A stretch of 35,666 nucleotides of DNA from NCBI RefSeq assembly GCF_001194135.2, contig NC_068992.1, positions 30,300,575 through 30,336,240 on the forward strand, read 5' to 3'. A program made the translations under genes and the position numbers. This document shows positions 33,816-35,666 of the stretch, in pieces (the first letter of the stretch is position 1; each line of letters opens with the position of its first letter). The DNA is from Octopus bimaculoides (lineage: Eukaryota). The notes under the pieces were generated by a model. It did no database searches, was not told where the DNA came from, and was given only the letters and a program-made list of their open reading frames with translations.

Positions 33816-35666
33816 TATAATTATTGTTGTTATTATTATTGTTGTTGTCGTTGATAATATTCATATTATTGCTCCTACTGCTATAGAAAACATGCTTCGA
33901 AAAGGAGTTCTGGCAATTAGGCTCTGAATTCAGACATTTTAAAAACGATAGCAATGTTGAATATGTCAAATGCACTGACTTTCGTGACTTTCAATCCCCA
34001 AATATATAATCCCCGCTGCAACTAATATTAATATGGTAATGTGGATTACAGGTAGATTAATACATGAGCAATAAAAATTATACTGCTTAAGATTCAAACA
34101 ATATTGTCTCAAGCAATACGATTGTTATTCTTCATCGATTATGTTACATGTAATCCGAATTACCATATTAATCTTCCTTCTTTTAAGAGATTATAATTTT
34201 ACATTTCAAGAATATAAATTCTATTATTAAACCCAAACAAAAATTGTGTGTTATTGTGATCGAAATGATTTTCTATGTCATTCTACTTTTGTAAAGGAAA
34301 GATTGATGATACCTTTTACAATGCACAAGTATGTAATTGTATTTCCATGTAAGGATGAAATGCTAAAACAACCACACATAAAACAAATAAAATATCCAGT
34401 TTTATCCTTGTTATTGATGTTTTCATTAGTAGTAATCAATGTACCATGTGCAAATACCTACAATACTCAACTTGGCTCATCTCTCGATCGCATGTATTGA
34501 CATCATTTAGAGAACAATTATTTTCTCTAGGATTCAGTCTATATCATTCTTGATGACAACATTTGTTAGCATTACTTATAATTTTGTGATATGTAGGAAG
34601 AGCTGGAGATTTAAAAAGTACGCAAATTTATCTGTTACAATGTTGTAAATTAAGGTTGTAGGTTAATCATGTCAATAAGCGTAAATATCCGAATAAATTA
34701 TTTGCAACAGACCATTTTGCCTTTTAGCAGTGCTTAGTTGAAGACCTGCAGATCTTGGTTTGATATTTCAGCGTTTTCAGTACATAAAATAAGTATTGGG
34801 AATGTATAAAAAACTATTCAAGCTATTATAGTTAAGTTTCGTCTGCAACTCAAGAAAACATGTTTATTGAAAGCTTAAATTCATTTTTTTCGAGAAGACC
34901 CAGATGCAGGGAGCGAGTAATTCCTAGCAGTAATTATTTTCATTATTGGAATAATCGTGCATCAACCCGATATAGGACATGCATTTTTGTGATATGTACA
35001 AAAGAAATATTCCAGAATGAGACAAGCTTTCCATTCATTTAACCGATGTGTGGATATTGGATTTTGTGTCTATATTTTATTTATTGATTGGATGATGTAA
35101 GTCATGAAAAAGAGAAAAAATATACGTCCACACCAAACAAAAAATCAGTATTGATATAAATATATTAAGTAAAAAAATATATTTAATTTTATATATTCAT
35201 CGAAATTAATTTGAATTAATTTAGATAAGAACTGCGTTTTCATTTTTAGTTCCGAAAATTATCACCTTTCTTTCTGCGTTTAGATTATCTGAATATTTTA
35301 AAAATTGCACATTGCAGCGACCTATCAACCTATTACCCTGTATAAAAGATTAGTTAGCTATCATGGTGGATATTTAAATACTATCTCACTGGTAATTTTC
35401 ACCGTTTTCTCTTTTCCTCTGAAATTATAAATTTAAAAATTCATGGTATACTATAATCCCTTAGGCTTTCCATTATATTTGCAAGCAACTATGTGTATAG
35501 TTAGAAATTTCAACGTATGTTTTCATGCATATATTCACGACAAATGCAAGCAGATGAAATAAATAACAATAATTTCAATTCACTCACATATAAGCGTACA
35601 TACATATATTCTGCATATATACATACATATATTCCATCTATATATGTTTGTGTTTATATATATATA

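Overview
AT-rich eukaryotic (metazoan) genomic scaffold with 11 N-gaps, most bordered by (TA)n arrays. The SINE families and microsatellite pattern suggest an octopod cephalopod such as Octopus; this is inferred from remembered repeat families, not from a search. No intact cellular gene is identifiable. Almost all long entries in the ORF track are artefacts of gaps or microsatellites. The window is mostly decayed mobile DNA: five Penelope-like element (PLE; RT plus GIY-YIG) loci, an R4/Dong-like RLE non-LTR retrotransposon lying in (TAA)n arrays, a mariner fossil, a pogo/Tigger-like dispersed repeat and at least eight tRNA-derived SINE copies from about four families. Main points of interest: (i) two adjacent fold-back (inverted-repeat) PLE structures, each with outward-facing, degenerate hammerhead-ribozyme-like motifs (GAAAC-palindromic tetraloop-GTH) near both ends; (ii) a strong candidate recursive splice site with an RS-exon on the minus strand (CAG|GTAAGT, then 62 nt, then TGG|GTAAGT); (iii) the TAA-flanked R4/Dong-like element; (iv) inverted SINE pairs and a roughly 110-nt hairpin that could form dsRNA; (v) several weakly supported small exons hinting at an unidentified host gene with long introns.
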